Shown here one piece after another: positions 19,748 through 28,832 of a stretch of DNA of 64,000 nucleotides. The stretch spans positions 211,549 to 275,548 of the forward strand of contig JAJTYH010000003.1 of the NCBI GenBank assembly GCA_021463465.1. The letters run 5' to 3'. The notes beneath the pieces are model-generated. The model worked only from the letters and a program-made list of their open reading frames with translations, was not told the DNA's origin and made no database searches. Made by a program: the position numbers and the translations under genes. This DNA comes from a bacterium. Its GTDB lineage: Bacteria; Patescibacteriota; Dojkabacteria; SC72. Every line of letters begins with the position of its first letter. Positions within the stretch are counted from its first letter, which is position 1.

Positions 19748-20359
19748 ATGGGTAGACATACAGGACCAAAAGAAAGACTAAGCAGACGAGAAGGAGTAAA
19801 CCTCTTTTTGAAGGGCAGTAGATCTTTTTCTCAGAAAGCTGGAACCGTAAGAAAGCCTTATGCACCAGGACAGCATGGTAATGCTAAGCGCGTAAGACTT
19901 TCTAACTTTGGACTTCAGCTCCGTGAAAAGCAAAAAGTAAAGAGACTTTATGGTTTACGTGAAAAACAGTTCAGGAATTTGGTTAATGAGGCTACTCGAA
20001 TTGGTAAATTGAAGAATTTGGATCGAGGTTTAGTACTTTTGCGAATGCTTGAGATGAGACTTGATAATGTTTTGTACCTTTTGGGAATGGCTGCTTCAAA
20101 GAATGCTGGTCGTCAATATGTTACACACGGACATGTTAAGGTTAATGGCAAAAAGATGAGTATCCCTTCTTACACAACTAAAGTAGGAGATATGGTTGAA
20201 TTGAAAGATAACAATCTTGCGCCATCAGAGGTTTTGCTTAAAACCCCTATGTGGTTAGAGAAAGATGGATCGAAAGGGAAAATTGTCGGTCAGCCTGAGC
20301 GTGATCAAATAGATGAAGGTATTAAGGAGAACTTAATAATTGAGTTCTATTCTAGATAA
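19748..20359 (+). CDS. rpsD: 30S protein uS4
   Basis: PGQHG, QLREKQK, LEMRLDN, IIEFYSR. Confidence 0.97.
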   Translation: MGRHTGPKERLSRREGVNLFLKGSRSFSQKAGTVRKPYAPGQHGNAKRVRLSNFGLQLREKQKVKRLYGLREKQFRNLVNEATRIGKLKNLDRGLVLLRMLEMRLDNVLYLLGMAASKNAGRQYVTHGHVKVNGKKMSIPSYTTKVGDMVELKDNNLAPSEVLLKTPMWLEKDGSKGKIVGQPERDQIDEGIKENLIIEFYSR

Positions 20360-20376
20360 TTTTAATTAAACCATAA

Positions 20377-21339
20377 ATGTTAAAGTTTACTGAAATTGCG
20401 GTAAAAACTATTAATGAGAATGAAGTGATGGGAACTTATGAAGTTTCCCCTATCCCTAAAGGATACGGTAACACCTTGGCGAACTCGATTCGCAGAGTAT
20501 TGCTCTCAAGCATTCCTGGAAGCGCAGTTACCGCTATCAAGCTTAAAGGTGTAGATCATGAATATTCAACCCTTGAAGGCATTAAAGAAGATGTTGTCGA
20601 GATAATCCTTAACCTTAAGCAAGTTAAGTTTAGAATGGCATCAGATGAGCCTCAGACTTTAACACTTAAAGTTAAAGGCAAGAAGGAAGTTAAGGCCAGC
20701 GATATTGCAATGGCTAATGGTGTGGAAGTTACCACCCCTGATGTACATATTGCCACCGTAACAGCTGAAAAAGCAGAATTCAATATGGAAATCACTGTTG
20801 AAAAAGGTGTTGGTTACAGAGAAGCTAAGAATGATGACAGGAGTGAGATGGGAAAGATTATGCTTGATGCAGACTTCTCTCCAATCCGAAACGTTAGCTT
20901 TGATGTAAGTGATGCTCGTAAGGGTAAGGAAACTAACCTTGATTCCGTTCTCGTAAACATTACAACCGATGGAAGTATTGCTCCTAAAGTGGCTCTGATT
21001 GAATCAGCCAAGATTATACAAGAATTTCTTGGTAAAGTAATTGTGGCACTCGGAATCTCTAAGAAAGAAGTCGAAGAGATGGTCGCTAGTGCAAATGCGA
21101 TGCCTGAGCAGCCATCTGAGAACGGAAGCGTAAGTGATGAGGTCGGAAGTTGGAGAATTGAAGACTTACCTATTTCCAAGCGATCTAAATCAGGTCTTTT
21201 GGCAGGTGGGTTTCAAACTGTTAATGATTTAGCAAATATTAAGAAAGCAGACCTTTTGGAACTTCCAGGTTTCGGGAGCAAGTCGCTTAATGAAGTGGTT
21301 GAATTAATGTCACAGTATGGAATTGAAATTAAAGAATAA
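20377..21339 (+). CDS. rpoA: RNA polymerase alpha subunit
   Basis: GYGNTLANSIRRVLLSSIPG, HEYST, FGSKSLNEV. Confidence 0.97.
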   Translation: MLKFTEIAVKTINENEVMGTYEVSPIPKGYGNTLANSIRRVLLSSIPGSAVTAIKLKGVDHEYSTLEGIKEDVVEIILNLKQVKFRMASDEPQTLTLKVKGKKEVKASDIAMANGVEVTTPDVHIATVTAEKAEFNMEITVEKGVGYREAKNDDRSEMGKIMLDADFSPIRNVSFDVSDARKGKETNLDSVLVNITTDGSIAPKVALIESAKIIQEFLGKVIVALGISKKEVEEMVASANAMPEQPSENGSVSDEVGSWRIEDLPISKRSKSGLLAGGFQTVNDLANIKKADLLELPGFGSKSLNEVVELMSQYGIEIKE

Positions 21340-21341
21340 TC

Positions 21342-21851
21342 ATGGTTAAAGGACAGAAGAAACTAAAATTAGGACGCAAGGCATCTCATAAAAGAGCTTT
21401 GGTGAGGAATCTTCTGAGATCTCTTTTTACCACAGGTTATTTGACTACTACCACTGTGAAGGCTAAGGCTTTAAGGCAAGAAGCTCTCAGAGTCCTCGCT
21501 ACATTGAAAGTTGGAGGCATCAATAATCTGAGAAGCGTTTCTGTAACCTTGGGTACAAGAGAATTGGTAGAGAAAGTTGTGAAGTACTTAAATGAAAATG
21601 AGGCCAAGATCAAGGTTTTGAAAATCGGTTTTAGAGATGGAGATATGGCTCAGACCAGCAGAGTTACCTTAGTAGGGTATAATGTGAAGAAAGAGGCCAA
21701 GAAAGCTGAAAAGAAAGCTGATGATAAGAAAGAGAAAACTGAGACTAAAAAGTCAGAGAATAGAGTTGCGGATATAGTTAAGAATGTAGGAAAGAATGTG
21801 CGTAATGTAGTTACACCTAAACAGAGGGCAACAAGTAGATCAGGACTTTAA
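21342..21851 (+). CDS. rplQ: 50S protein bL17 with C-terminal extension
   Basis: KLGRKASHKRAL, TTTVKAK, RDGDMA. Confidence 0.93.
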   Translation: MVKGQKKLKLGRKASHKRALVRNLLRSLFTTGYLTTTTVKAKALRQEALRVLATLKVGGINNLRSVSVTLGTRELVEKVVKYLNENEAKIKVLKIGFRDGDMAQTSRVTLVGYNVKKEAKKAEKKADDKKEKTETKKSENRVADIVKNVGKNVRNVVTPKQRATSRSGL

Positions 21852-21855
21852 TACT

Positions 21856-22296
21856 ATGATAAAAACACGTTGGACAAAAACTGAAGATGTAAAACGAGAT
21901 TGGCATTTAATTGATGCTAAGGACCAAGTTTTAGGCCGTTTAGCTACTAGAATTGCTTCCTTGCTTATCGGTAAGAGTAAAGTAAGTATGGTGCCTAACT
22001 TAGACAATGGTGATTATGTAGTCGTTATTAATAGTGAGAAGATAAAGTTGACTAGAGGTAAGGAATTCAAAAAGATGTACTATTCTCACTCAGGATATCC
22101 TGGAGGATTTAAGGAATTGAGATTTGATGAGGTGATGAAACGTGATGCACGTAAACCTATTACTCTTGCAGTAAAGCGAATGTTGCCAAGTAACAAGTTA
22201 AGAGCAGGAATGATTGCTCGACTGTTTGTTTACAAAGATGAAAATCATAAACACCAGGCCCAAAACCCTGTGGCAGTTAACTTAACCAAGTCATAA
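21856..22296 (+). CDS. rplM: 50S protein uL13
   Basis: WHLIDA, LGRLA, HSGYPGG, HQAQNP. Confidence 0.97.
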   Translation: MIKTRWTKTEDVKRDWHLIDAKDQVLGRLATRIASLLIGKSKVSMVPNLDNGDYVVVINSEKIKLTRGKEFKKMYYSHSGYPGGFKELRFDEVMKRDARKPITLAVKRMLPSNKLRAGMIARLFVYKDENHKHQAQNPVAVNLTKS

Positions 22297-22298
22297 TT

Positions 22299-22685
22299 GT
22301 GAAGTATTTTGAAGGAATAGGACGAAGAAAAACTACATCCGCACGGGTCAGAGTATACTCTGGCAAGTCAATGTCTACAATTAATGGTAAGGCTTTTGAT
22401 GAGTATTTTGGTGATAAATCATTAGGTAATGACGCGGTTAAGCCAATTTCAGTTGCAGGCCTCGATGGTAAAGTATATTTCACTGCTAAAGTTTCAGGTG
22501 GTGGAACTACTGGTCAAGTCGGAGCTGTAGCTCACGGTTTGGGAAGAGCGTTAGTAAAAATGGATGAGACCCTTAAGCCTGACCTACGAAAAGCTGGGTA
22601 TATCACAAGAGATCCTAGAATGGTGGAACGAAAGAAGTACCACCAAGTAAAAGCTCGAAAGAAGTCACAGTTCTCAAAGCGATAA
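22299..22685 (+). CDS. rpsI: 30S protein uS9 (GTG start)
   Basis: GRRK, GGGTTGQ, TRDPRMVERKK, QFSKR. Confidence 0.97.
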   Translation: MKYFEGIGRRKTTSARVRVYSGKSMSTINGKAFDEYFGDKSLGNDAVKPISVAGLDGKVYFTAKVSGGGTTGQVGAVAHGLGRALVKMDETLKPDLRKAGYITRDPRMVERKKYHQVKARKKSQFSKR

Positions 22686-22748
22686 CCCGTTTGTTTTACT
22701 TTCATTTTTGTGCCATATTATTTACGTGCTAATTTTTTAGTGTCTAAT

Positions 22749-23672
22749 ATGGAACTTAAGAAAAATCCTTTGTCAGTAGTAATGGTTCTGGCCGTTGGGC
22801 TAATCTTTCTTGGCGGTTTGGTGTATGTATGCCAAATGCTCTACTTTTCAGCTCAATCGAGTGTTGATACCTGGATTGGTGGAAAAGGTGAGGATGGTAT
22901 GGTATCAGAGTCTCCTTCAATGGCACCTTCACCTGATATGGATTATGTCGGTGGTGGCAGAGGAAACACGGGGAAGGATATGGCTATTGAACCTGGACTT
23001 GTGACCAATGGTGGTGATGGTTCAAAAATAGTGAAAAGTGCGAGTATGAGTATGACTGTTGCTGATTTTGATTCCACAGTTACTATGATTAAAGAACAGG
23101 TTAAAGCAGTCAGTGGTTTTGTACAGAATCTCTCCGATACAGCTACTGACAACAATAGACGAGTGATTTTGAGTGTACGTGTACCTTCAGATAAGTTTGA
23201 TGAGATGCTCGGCAAGATTAAGGCGTTAGGAGTAGAGGTAGAAGGAGTTTCTGAGAATTCAGATGATATTTCTGAGACCTATATGGATCTTCAGGCAAGA
23301 CTTAAGACTCAGAAGGCTCTGGAGAAGCAGTATCTTGAACTTTTGGATAAAGCCACAAAAGTAGACGATATTCTTGCCGTTCAAAGAGAGCTTGCAGTTG
23401 TAAGACAAAATATCGAGATGTATGAATCTCAAATGAAATTCTATGATAATCAGTCTGATATGTCCTACATCTCTGTATCTATGACCAAGGCTAGCGAGGC
23501 CTTAGATGTTACTGGAGACGGCTGGAGACCATTTGGAGTCGTTGTAGAGGCTTTCACGGCGCTTGTAGGATTTGGCAAAACGTTATTGACCCTTGCAATC
23601 TGGGTTTTGATATTCTCACCAGTGGTACTTGTACCTTACTGGATCTTCAAGATGGTGAAGAAAGAGAAGTAA
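22749..23672 (+). CDS. DUF4349-like membrane-anchored protein
   Basis: VRVP, DISETYMD, DILAVQREL coiled coil; TM segments at both ends. Confidence 0.8.
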   Translation: MELKKNPLSVVMVLAVGLIFLGGLVYVCQMLYFSAQSSVDTWIGGKGEDGMVSESPSMAPSPDMDYVGGGRGNTGKDMAIEPGLVTNGGDGSKIVKSASMSMTVADFDSTVTMIKEQVKAVSGFVQNLSDTATDNNRRVILSVRVPSDKFDEMLGKIKALGVEVEGVSENSDDISETYMDLQARLKTQKALEKQYLELLDKATKVDDILAVQRELAVVRQNIEMYESQMKFYDNQSDMSYISVSMTKASEALDVTGDGWRPFGVVVEAFTALVGFGKTLLTLAIWVLIFSPVVLVPYWIFKMVKKEK

Positions 23673-23701
23673 ACCTCAGCTTCAACTGAATTTAACTTGT
23701 T

Positions 23702-23729
23702 ACCGCCACACTTGTGGCGGTTTCGTTTT
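23702..23729 (+). terminator. Intrinsic terminator
   Basis: ACCGCCACA-CT-TGTGGCGGT followed by TTCGTTTT. Confidence 0.75.
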
Positions 23730-23784
23730 GATTCATTCCTTTACTTCTTCAATTGCTGGTTATCCTATATAATCCAAGCAAGCT

Positions 23785-24300
23785 ATGTTTAATTATGTTT
23801 ACGGGATAAATAAAGACCTCAGAGATGTAGAACTGGCGGAAAGATTTTCAGGGTCTATTAGCAACGGTTTTTTAATACCTAATCAAAGAGTGCTTGAAGG
23901 TGTTGTTTATACTGGGGTAGAGGAAGAAGATTCATTGTTTGTTATTGACTACTTCCGAGAAAAACCTGTTTCATTCGAAAATAATCCAGTATTGAAAGGT
24001 GAGGTTACAAATTTTAACGCTTTTCTTGGTCACCTAAAAAATCGATCAGGATATTTACAGGTATTAAAGGAGGATGTATTTAGTGATGCGTTGGCGCTAA
24101 CTCAGAGCTTTTCGATGCTAGGAAAAGGGAACTTTTTCTACATATGTCAAGGTGGGTTCACGGAAGTATATAAACATAACGAGAGGCTTACTCATATTCA
24201 GATTGCCGCAGAAGAAGAAATATTTACTGTCGTAAGGGAGTTTTCTGAGGCCTCAAGGAGAACTGCTTTGTGGCAAAAGTGGCGTAATCGTTATAGGTAA
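23785..24300 (+). CDS. Hypothetical protein
   Basis: 171-aa ORF with an upstream TATAAT; no family recognised. Confidence 0.55.
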   Translation: MFNYVYGINKDLRDVELAERFSGSISNGFLIPNQRVLEGVVYTGVEEEDSLFVIDYFREKPVSFENNPVLKGEVTNFNAFLGHLKNRSGYLQVLKEDVFSDALALTQSFSMLGKGNFFYICQGGFTEVYKHNERLTHIQIAAEEEIFTVVREFSEASRRTALWQKWRNRYR

Positions 24301-24313
24301 AGTATAATTAGAG

Positions 24314-24616
24314 TGTAAGTATCCTATGCAGTTGCTGTTACAATTTATGTAGCAGAGGAAAGTCCGGACTTCATTTCGGCTTCGTATTAACGAAGTAAGT
24401 ACCTGTGCGAGCAGGGTGGGAGTAATCTCACGGATAAAAGGGCAACAGAAAGTATACCGCTATCGCAAGATAGTAAGGGTGAAAAGGTAGTGTAAGAGAC
24501 TACCGGTCAAATAGCGATATTTGATGCATTGCAACCCCTATTTGAAGCAAGATACAACAAGTATCGCTTAGACAGATAGCTGCATAAAACAGAATTCGGC
24601 TTATGGGATGCTTACA
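24314..24616 (+). ncRNA. rnpB: RNase P RNA
   Basis: GAGGAAAGTCC, ACAGAAA, GGGTGAAA, GCAAG and AACAGAATTCGGCTTA landmarks; P1 24314-27 pairs with 24603-16; TATAAT at 24303. Confidence 0.95.
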
Positions 24617-24617
24617 T

Positions 24618-25355
24618 TTAGTCAACTTCAATATATCGAAACCTCTCGTACTTTTTTCCGTTTTTCAAAAAATCCGTAAAAAAGTTTGCTGAGTCAGTTG
24701 CTTGTTCTACTGAATATTGAGAAGAATGTTTTGCGTGTGCCTGTATTCTGGTTTCCAAGAAGTCCGTTACCTCTATGCCTAATGTATCCAGGTGATTGTA
24801 ATAATCAACTAATAAAAGCTTTGTACATTTTGCAGGTTTGACAACATTATTTAGTTGCTCAGGGAAGAAATTTCTATCCCTTGAATATGGATATGCAGCA
24901 TCAATCGCTAATAGTCCAGTGTTTTGATGGTCACGGTGATTTACCCAATTAATCCCTTGTTCAAACCTTATTATTTTGTCTTCCGGATTGTGAGTTACTA
25001 ATACATCAGGTTGGTATTTTCTAAAAATTCTGGCCAATTTACTAATATTATCAACCGTGTATTCAACAGAACCATCGCCCAAATCTAGGTAAATAGAATT
25101 ATTTTCTGAAACGCCTAATACTTTCATTGAGGCTAAGTCTTCGTCTTTTCGCAAATGTCTTAATTGATCTTCAGGTATTAGCTCATCTCTAGAGCCTTTG
25201 TTACCCAATGTCATTTTGACACTGACGACTTTTATACCAGCCTGGATAAGTCTTGCTATTGTGCCACCTGCATATAATTCAGTATCATCCGGATGTGCAA
25301 AGACGCAGATAACTGTTTTTGCACCATCAAATATTTTATTAAAACTGTCTTCCAT
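24618..25355 (-). CDS. PIG-L/LmbE family deacetylase
   Basis: AHPDD, NHRDH, HSSQ. Confidence 0.88.
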   Translation of the reverse strand: MEDSFNKIFDGAKTVICVFAHPDDTELYAGGTIARLIQAGIKVVSVKMTLGNKGSRDELIPEDQLRHLRKDEDLASMKVLGVSENNSIYLDLGDGSVEYTVDNISKLARIFRKYQPDVLVTHNPEDKIIRFEQGINWVNHRDHQNTGLLAIDAAYPYSRDRNFFPEQLNNVVKPAKCTKLLLVDYYNHLDTLGIEVTDFLETRIQAHAKHSSQYSVEQATDSANFFTDFLKNGKKYERFRYIEVD

Positions 25356-25365
25356 AATTAAGAAT

Positions 25366-26283
25366 TTATTTTAAACTGTTAACTAAGTCTTTTACAAGTA
25401 CAGGACTTTTGCCCTCCAATTGTAACTCCAGCAACTCAAGAAAACCTTCTTTGGTTTTGAAGATTAGTTTCTTATTGATGACTTTGTAAGGTTGATTGTC
25501 CACGAAAGATAATTCAGAGATACAGGATTTGAGAAGTTTCGTTCTTTTTCCCTCGAACATAAACCAAGCTACCGGCCAAGGAATATAAGCTCTAACCATT
25601 CGTTCAATATACTCCGCAGTCATTTCTCCCCATTTGATTTCGGCTTTTTCTTTCTTTAGGTCCCGTTCATAACAGTATGTTGCTTGAGACTCATCTTGGT
25701 CATAGGCTTTAACCTTGCCGTTTACCCAATCAAATAAAATATTGGGTAAAGCTTTAGCACTAATCTCTACTAGCCTCTTTCTAAGTGATTCGTTCGTATC
25801 ATCAGGCCGAATTTCTTCCTTTATTATCTTTAAGATTTGCCCTCGATCAAATTTTTCTGACATTTTTTGGAAAGTTACGCCAGTTTCTTTTTCACCGTTG
25901 AGAATAGCTGCTTGAATAGGCACAGCGCCTCTATATTTGGGCAGGATTGAGAAATGAATATTGATGCTCTTGTATTTGGGATATTCCAGAAAGAAACCAG
26001 GAATGATTTCACCAAAGGCCTTGCAAACAATGAGTTCAGGCTGAAAATGGTCCAAAGCTTCTTGATATCTCTTGACATTGTTATCTGTCATGAATACTTC
26101 TATATCCTTTTCCAACGCGTACTGTTTAACTGGGGTTGGGGTTAGGACTAGTTTTCTACCAACAGGTCTGTCTGGTTGGGTGATTACAGCAATGATCTTG
26201 AAACGCTTGTCTTCATCTAAGACTTTTAAAGTTTCAAGAGATTCCCAATTGGTACCTATATACAAGACTTTTATTGGTTCCAT
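25366..26283 (-). CDS. fmt: Methionyl-tRNA formyltransferase
   Basis: VITQPDRPVGR, NIHFSILPKYRGAVPIQ, PWPVAW. Confidence 0.93.
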   Translation of the reverse strand: MEPIKVLYIGTNWESLETLKVLDEDKRFKIIAVITQPDRPVGRKLVLTPTPVKQYALEKDIEVFMTDNNVKRYQEALDHFQPELIVCKAFGEIIPGFFLEYPKYKSINIHFSILPKYRGAVPIQAAILNGEKETGVTFQKMSEKFDRGQILKIIKEEIRPDDTNESLRKRLVEISAKALPNILFDWVNGKVKAYDQDESQATYCYERDLKKEKAEIKWGEMTAEYIERMVRAYIPWPVAWFMFEGKRTKLLKSCISELSFVDNQPYKVINKKLIFKTKEGFLELLELQLEGKSPVLVKDLVNSLK

Positions 26284-26306
26284 CTGAGTATTTTAGCACA
26301 ATGTTC

Positions 26307-26996
26307 TTAGAAATCTTCAGTGGAGTATTCGCTTTCCGAAAAGGAGAGCTCTTTTTGGTCAAAGATTTGAAGAATGTCTTTAACTTCTTGTATGGGCTTT
26401 TTGAGGTAATCCCAAATATCTTGTTGCTTTACCCATTTATAGGTTCCTTCTTGGTTTTCGACCAACTCACCCCATGGGTTAATGAATCTACAAACAAAAA
26501 ATATTTTATCTTCCAATAACTTTTTCTCATTGTTATAAACGCGGTAATGTCGGATGCTGAAAAGTTCTGGCTCACCTACTAAACCAGTTTCCTCTTGAAG
26601 CTCACGTTTAGCTGCTTCTAAAATACTTTCACCTATTTTCACTTTGCCCGTAGGAAAACCTTGGTAGCTATAAAAAGGCGACTTCAAACGAGTATAAAGC
26701 AGGTACTCAGTTTCTCCGTTGTTTTCTCGTTGGCATGTCATTAGAACCGAAACTTTGGCTTGCTGTTCTATTGATGTATCTCCTAAATCCATCCGATTGG
26801 CAAGCTCCTTGCCTGATTCTGTCAGTACATATTTCCCTTCGACCTTAAGGACATAACCAGCTTTAGCTAATTGGTCTAAATGAAAAGTGAATTGGCTTCC
26901 TTCCATATCAACGGGTTTCATCTGTGAAAATTTCAAGCCTTCTGAATAGAGCAGTTTCTGTAGAATTTTGAGTTGGAATTGATGGAATTCTTTTAT
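26307..26996 (-). CDS. N-terminal wHTH + Nudix hydrolase (putative regulator); probable ATA start
   Basis: Nudix box GKVKIGESILEAAKRELQEETG; helix-turn-helix-like N-terminus FTFHLDQLAKAGYV; frame open upstream of TTG 26936. Confidence 0.8.
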   Translation of the reverse strand: MKEFHQFQLKILQKLLYSEGLKFSQMKPVDMEGSQFTFHLDQLAKAGYVLKVEGKYVLTESGKELANRMDLGDTSIEQQAKVSVLMTCQRENNGETEYLLYTRLKSPFYSYQGFPTGKVKIGESILEAAKRELQEETGLVGEPELFSIRHYRVYNNEKKLLEDKIFFVCRFINPWGELVENQEGTYKWVKQQDIWDYLKKPIQEVKDILQIFDQKELSFSESEYSTEDF

Positions 26997-27724
26997 GGTT
27001 TTATAAAGTTCATATTAAGTCTGTAAGGAGTTGTCTGTGAATTGATAAATTGAGGATATTTTATCACAAAGGCATCCGGAACCCCTGTCTCGAGTATAGC
27101 CTTTAATGTAAAGCCGTGTTTTGTAAAAGAATTGACGTAGGTTTGAAAAGTACGATTAATGAACGGAACTGTAAGATTATCGTTATGAGCAATGTTACCT
27201 TCAATTGTGATTTCGGAGAGGTAACCTTTATATTGTTGGAATTTTAAAAGACCTTGATGTTTTTCAGTCAGCCACTTAGCTGGATGTGTTACTGAAACAA
27301 TAAAATTGCCCTTTGGACTTATAATGTTAAAACATTGCCGAATTAATTTATCTAAGTCTTTGATGTACATCAGAGTAAGTTTTGCGGTAATTAATTCAAA
27401 TGTTCCACTAAACTGTGGAAAAGTATCCTCAAGATTGTGTTTTACAAAAGTAGCATTTGGATAGGTTTTTCTGGCGTACCTGAGCATCTTGTTGGAATTG
27501 TCTATGCCCATGACATTAGGGTAAATATTGGCTAGATCGTTAGTAAAGCGACCGTCACCACAACCTAGATCCAATGCATTGGAAATACCATTGGGGCAAA
27601 GACTAAGTATTGATGGGGTATTCACGTTCTTTTCGTAAGCAAATATTGACGTCTTATCTTGTTTGACGCTGTCAACATACTGCTCGAAAATAATGTCCCA
27701 GTAGTTTGTTGGCTGTTTTGACAT
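26993..27724 (-). CDS. Class I SAM-dependent methyltransferase
   Basis: LDLGCGDG, GIDNS, VTHP. Confidence 0.88.
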   Translation of the reverse strand: MSKQPTNYWDIIFEQYVDSVKQDKTSIFAYEKNVNTPSILSLCPNGISNALDLGCGDGRFTNDLANIYPNVMGIDNSNKMLRYARKTYPNATFVKHNLEDTFPQFSGTFELITAKLTLMYIKDLDKLIRQCFNIISPKGNFIVSVTHPAKWLTEKHQGLLKFQQYKGYLSEITIEGNIAHNDNLTVPFINRTFQTYVNSFTKHGFTLKAILETGVPDAFVIKYPQFINSQTTPYRLNMNFIKP

Positions 27725-27882
27725 GTTTGCAATCTTTTAAAAGAGCAGTTTTCGCCATAAGTATATGTCTGATAAGGTTTTATAATCTAGTAAAGAGGAC
27801 TTTACTAGAAAATCGAGGTTTACTAAAGTAAACTTTACTAAATACTGCTTGACATACTTATTTGTTAAGGTAGTAAACGATT

Positions 27883-28830
27883 TTGGAGATCTCAACTCCT
27901 GAAAGTATTGTTAATGACTTGGCAGCTGTTCGTGGCCAACTAATTGACTTGCGTGAATCGAAAGTTCCAGACGATATGTCTTTCGGTGAATTGATATATC
28001 GTGCCACAAAGTTTGATAACTACTGGAGAGTTGGGGAAGTTACTGATTCCGACTTCCATGAGAATTGCGAAACTTTCCTCCGCGAGATAGTTCTTCTGGA
28101 AGAAAAAGTTAAAGAGGGTAACGCCGATGCAATAGGAGAACAGATAGGAGTGAGTCTTTTACTTGCTATACGGATTTTGGTTTGGAATTTCGGAATTGTT
28201 AGTCCACATGATTTGCTGTATGCAAAGTATTTAGCAAATGTAGATAAATACTTGATTTTGATGGCGGGAATGGAGGACATGGCTAATTTGAAGGCGCAAG
28301 TTGCACCTGAAATTTGGAAAGAGTTCCGAAAAGCAAACAAAAGTAACGACATTCACATGGAAAAGAAAAATGAATATCGTCATATATTGGATCTGATTGA
28401 TTCAAATAGCCGACCAACTTTTCCTTTCAACAGGGCAACTTTGAAGGCTTTCCATCTTGTCCAGCAGGAGTTTCTGATAAGAATGGGAAGGGACTTTTCT
28501 TTAGAGGAACTATGTTTTGAAGGAATGGTTGAGGAGTTGAAGGAGTTTGGGGAGGCGAGAGTCCTCCTTGAAAGTGATTTACGGGAGGATAGTCCTTGGA
28601 AGTTATTCTGTGCTTTCGAAGTCGCAGATGTTATGATTTATCTCACTCATATGCTCACCGTTATGGGTTTGGATATATCATCGGTGATAAAATCGGTCTC
28701 GGACCAAAAATATATTGAGACACTTGGGTTGGATGTGAGAACAGCCAGATGGAACCAATTTCTGAGACGTAAGAGATGGAGTAAATGGTTTGCATATACT
28801 AAATTACAATGGTTGAGTGAGTTTGATTAA
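27883..28830 (+). CDS. Protein with MazG-like all-alpha NTP pyrophosphatase motif(s)
   Basis: EELKEF...EVADVMIYL; N-terminal half resembles a degenerate copy. Confidence 0.55.
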   Translation: MEISTPESIVNDLAAVRGQLIDLRESKVPDDMSFGELIYRATKFDNYWRVGEVTDSDFHENCETFLREIVLLEEKVKEGNADAIGEQIGVSLLLAIRILVWNFGIVSPHDLLYAKYLANVDKYLILMAGMEDMANLKAQVAPEIWKEFRKANKSNDIHMEKKNEYRHILDLIDSNSRPTFPFNRATLKAFHLVQQEFLIRMGRDFSLEELCFEGMVEELKEFGEARVLLESDLREDSPWKLFCAFEVADVMIYLTHMLTVMGLDISSVIKSVSDQKYIETLGLDVRTARWNQFLRRKRWSKWFAYTKLQWLSEFD

Positions 28831-28832
28831 TT

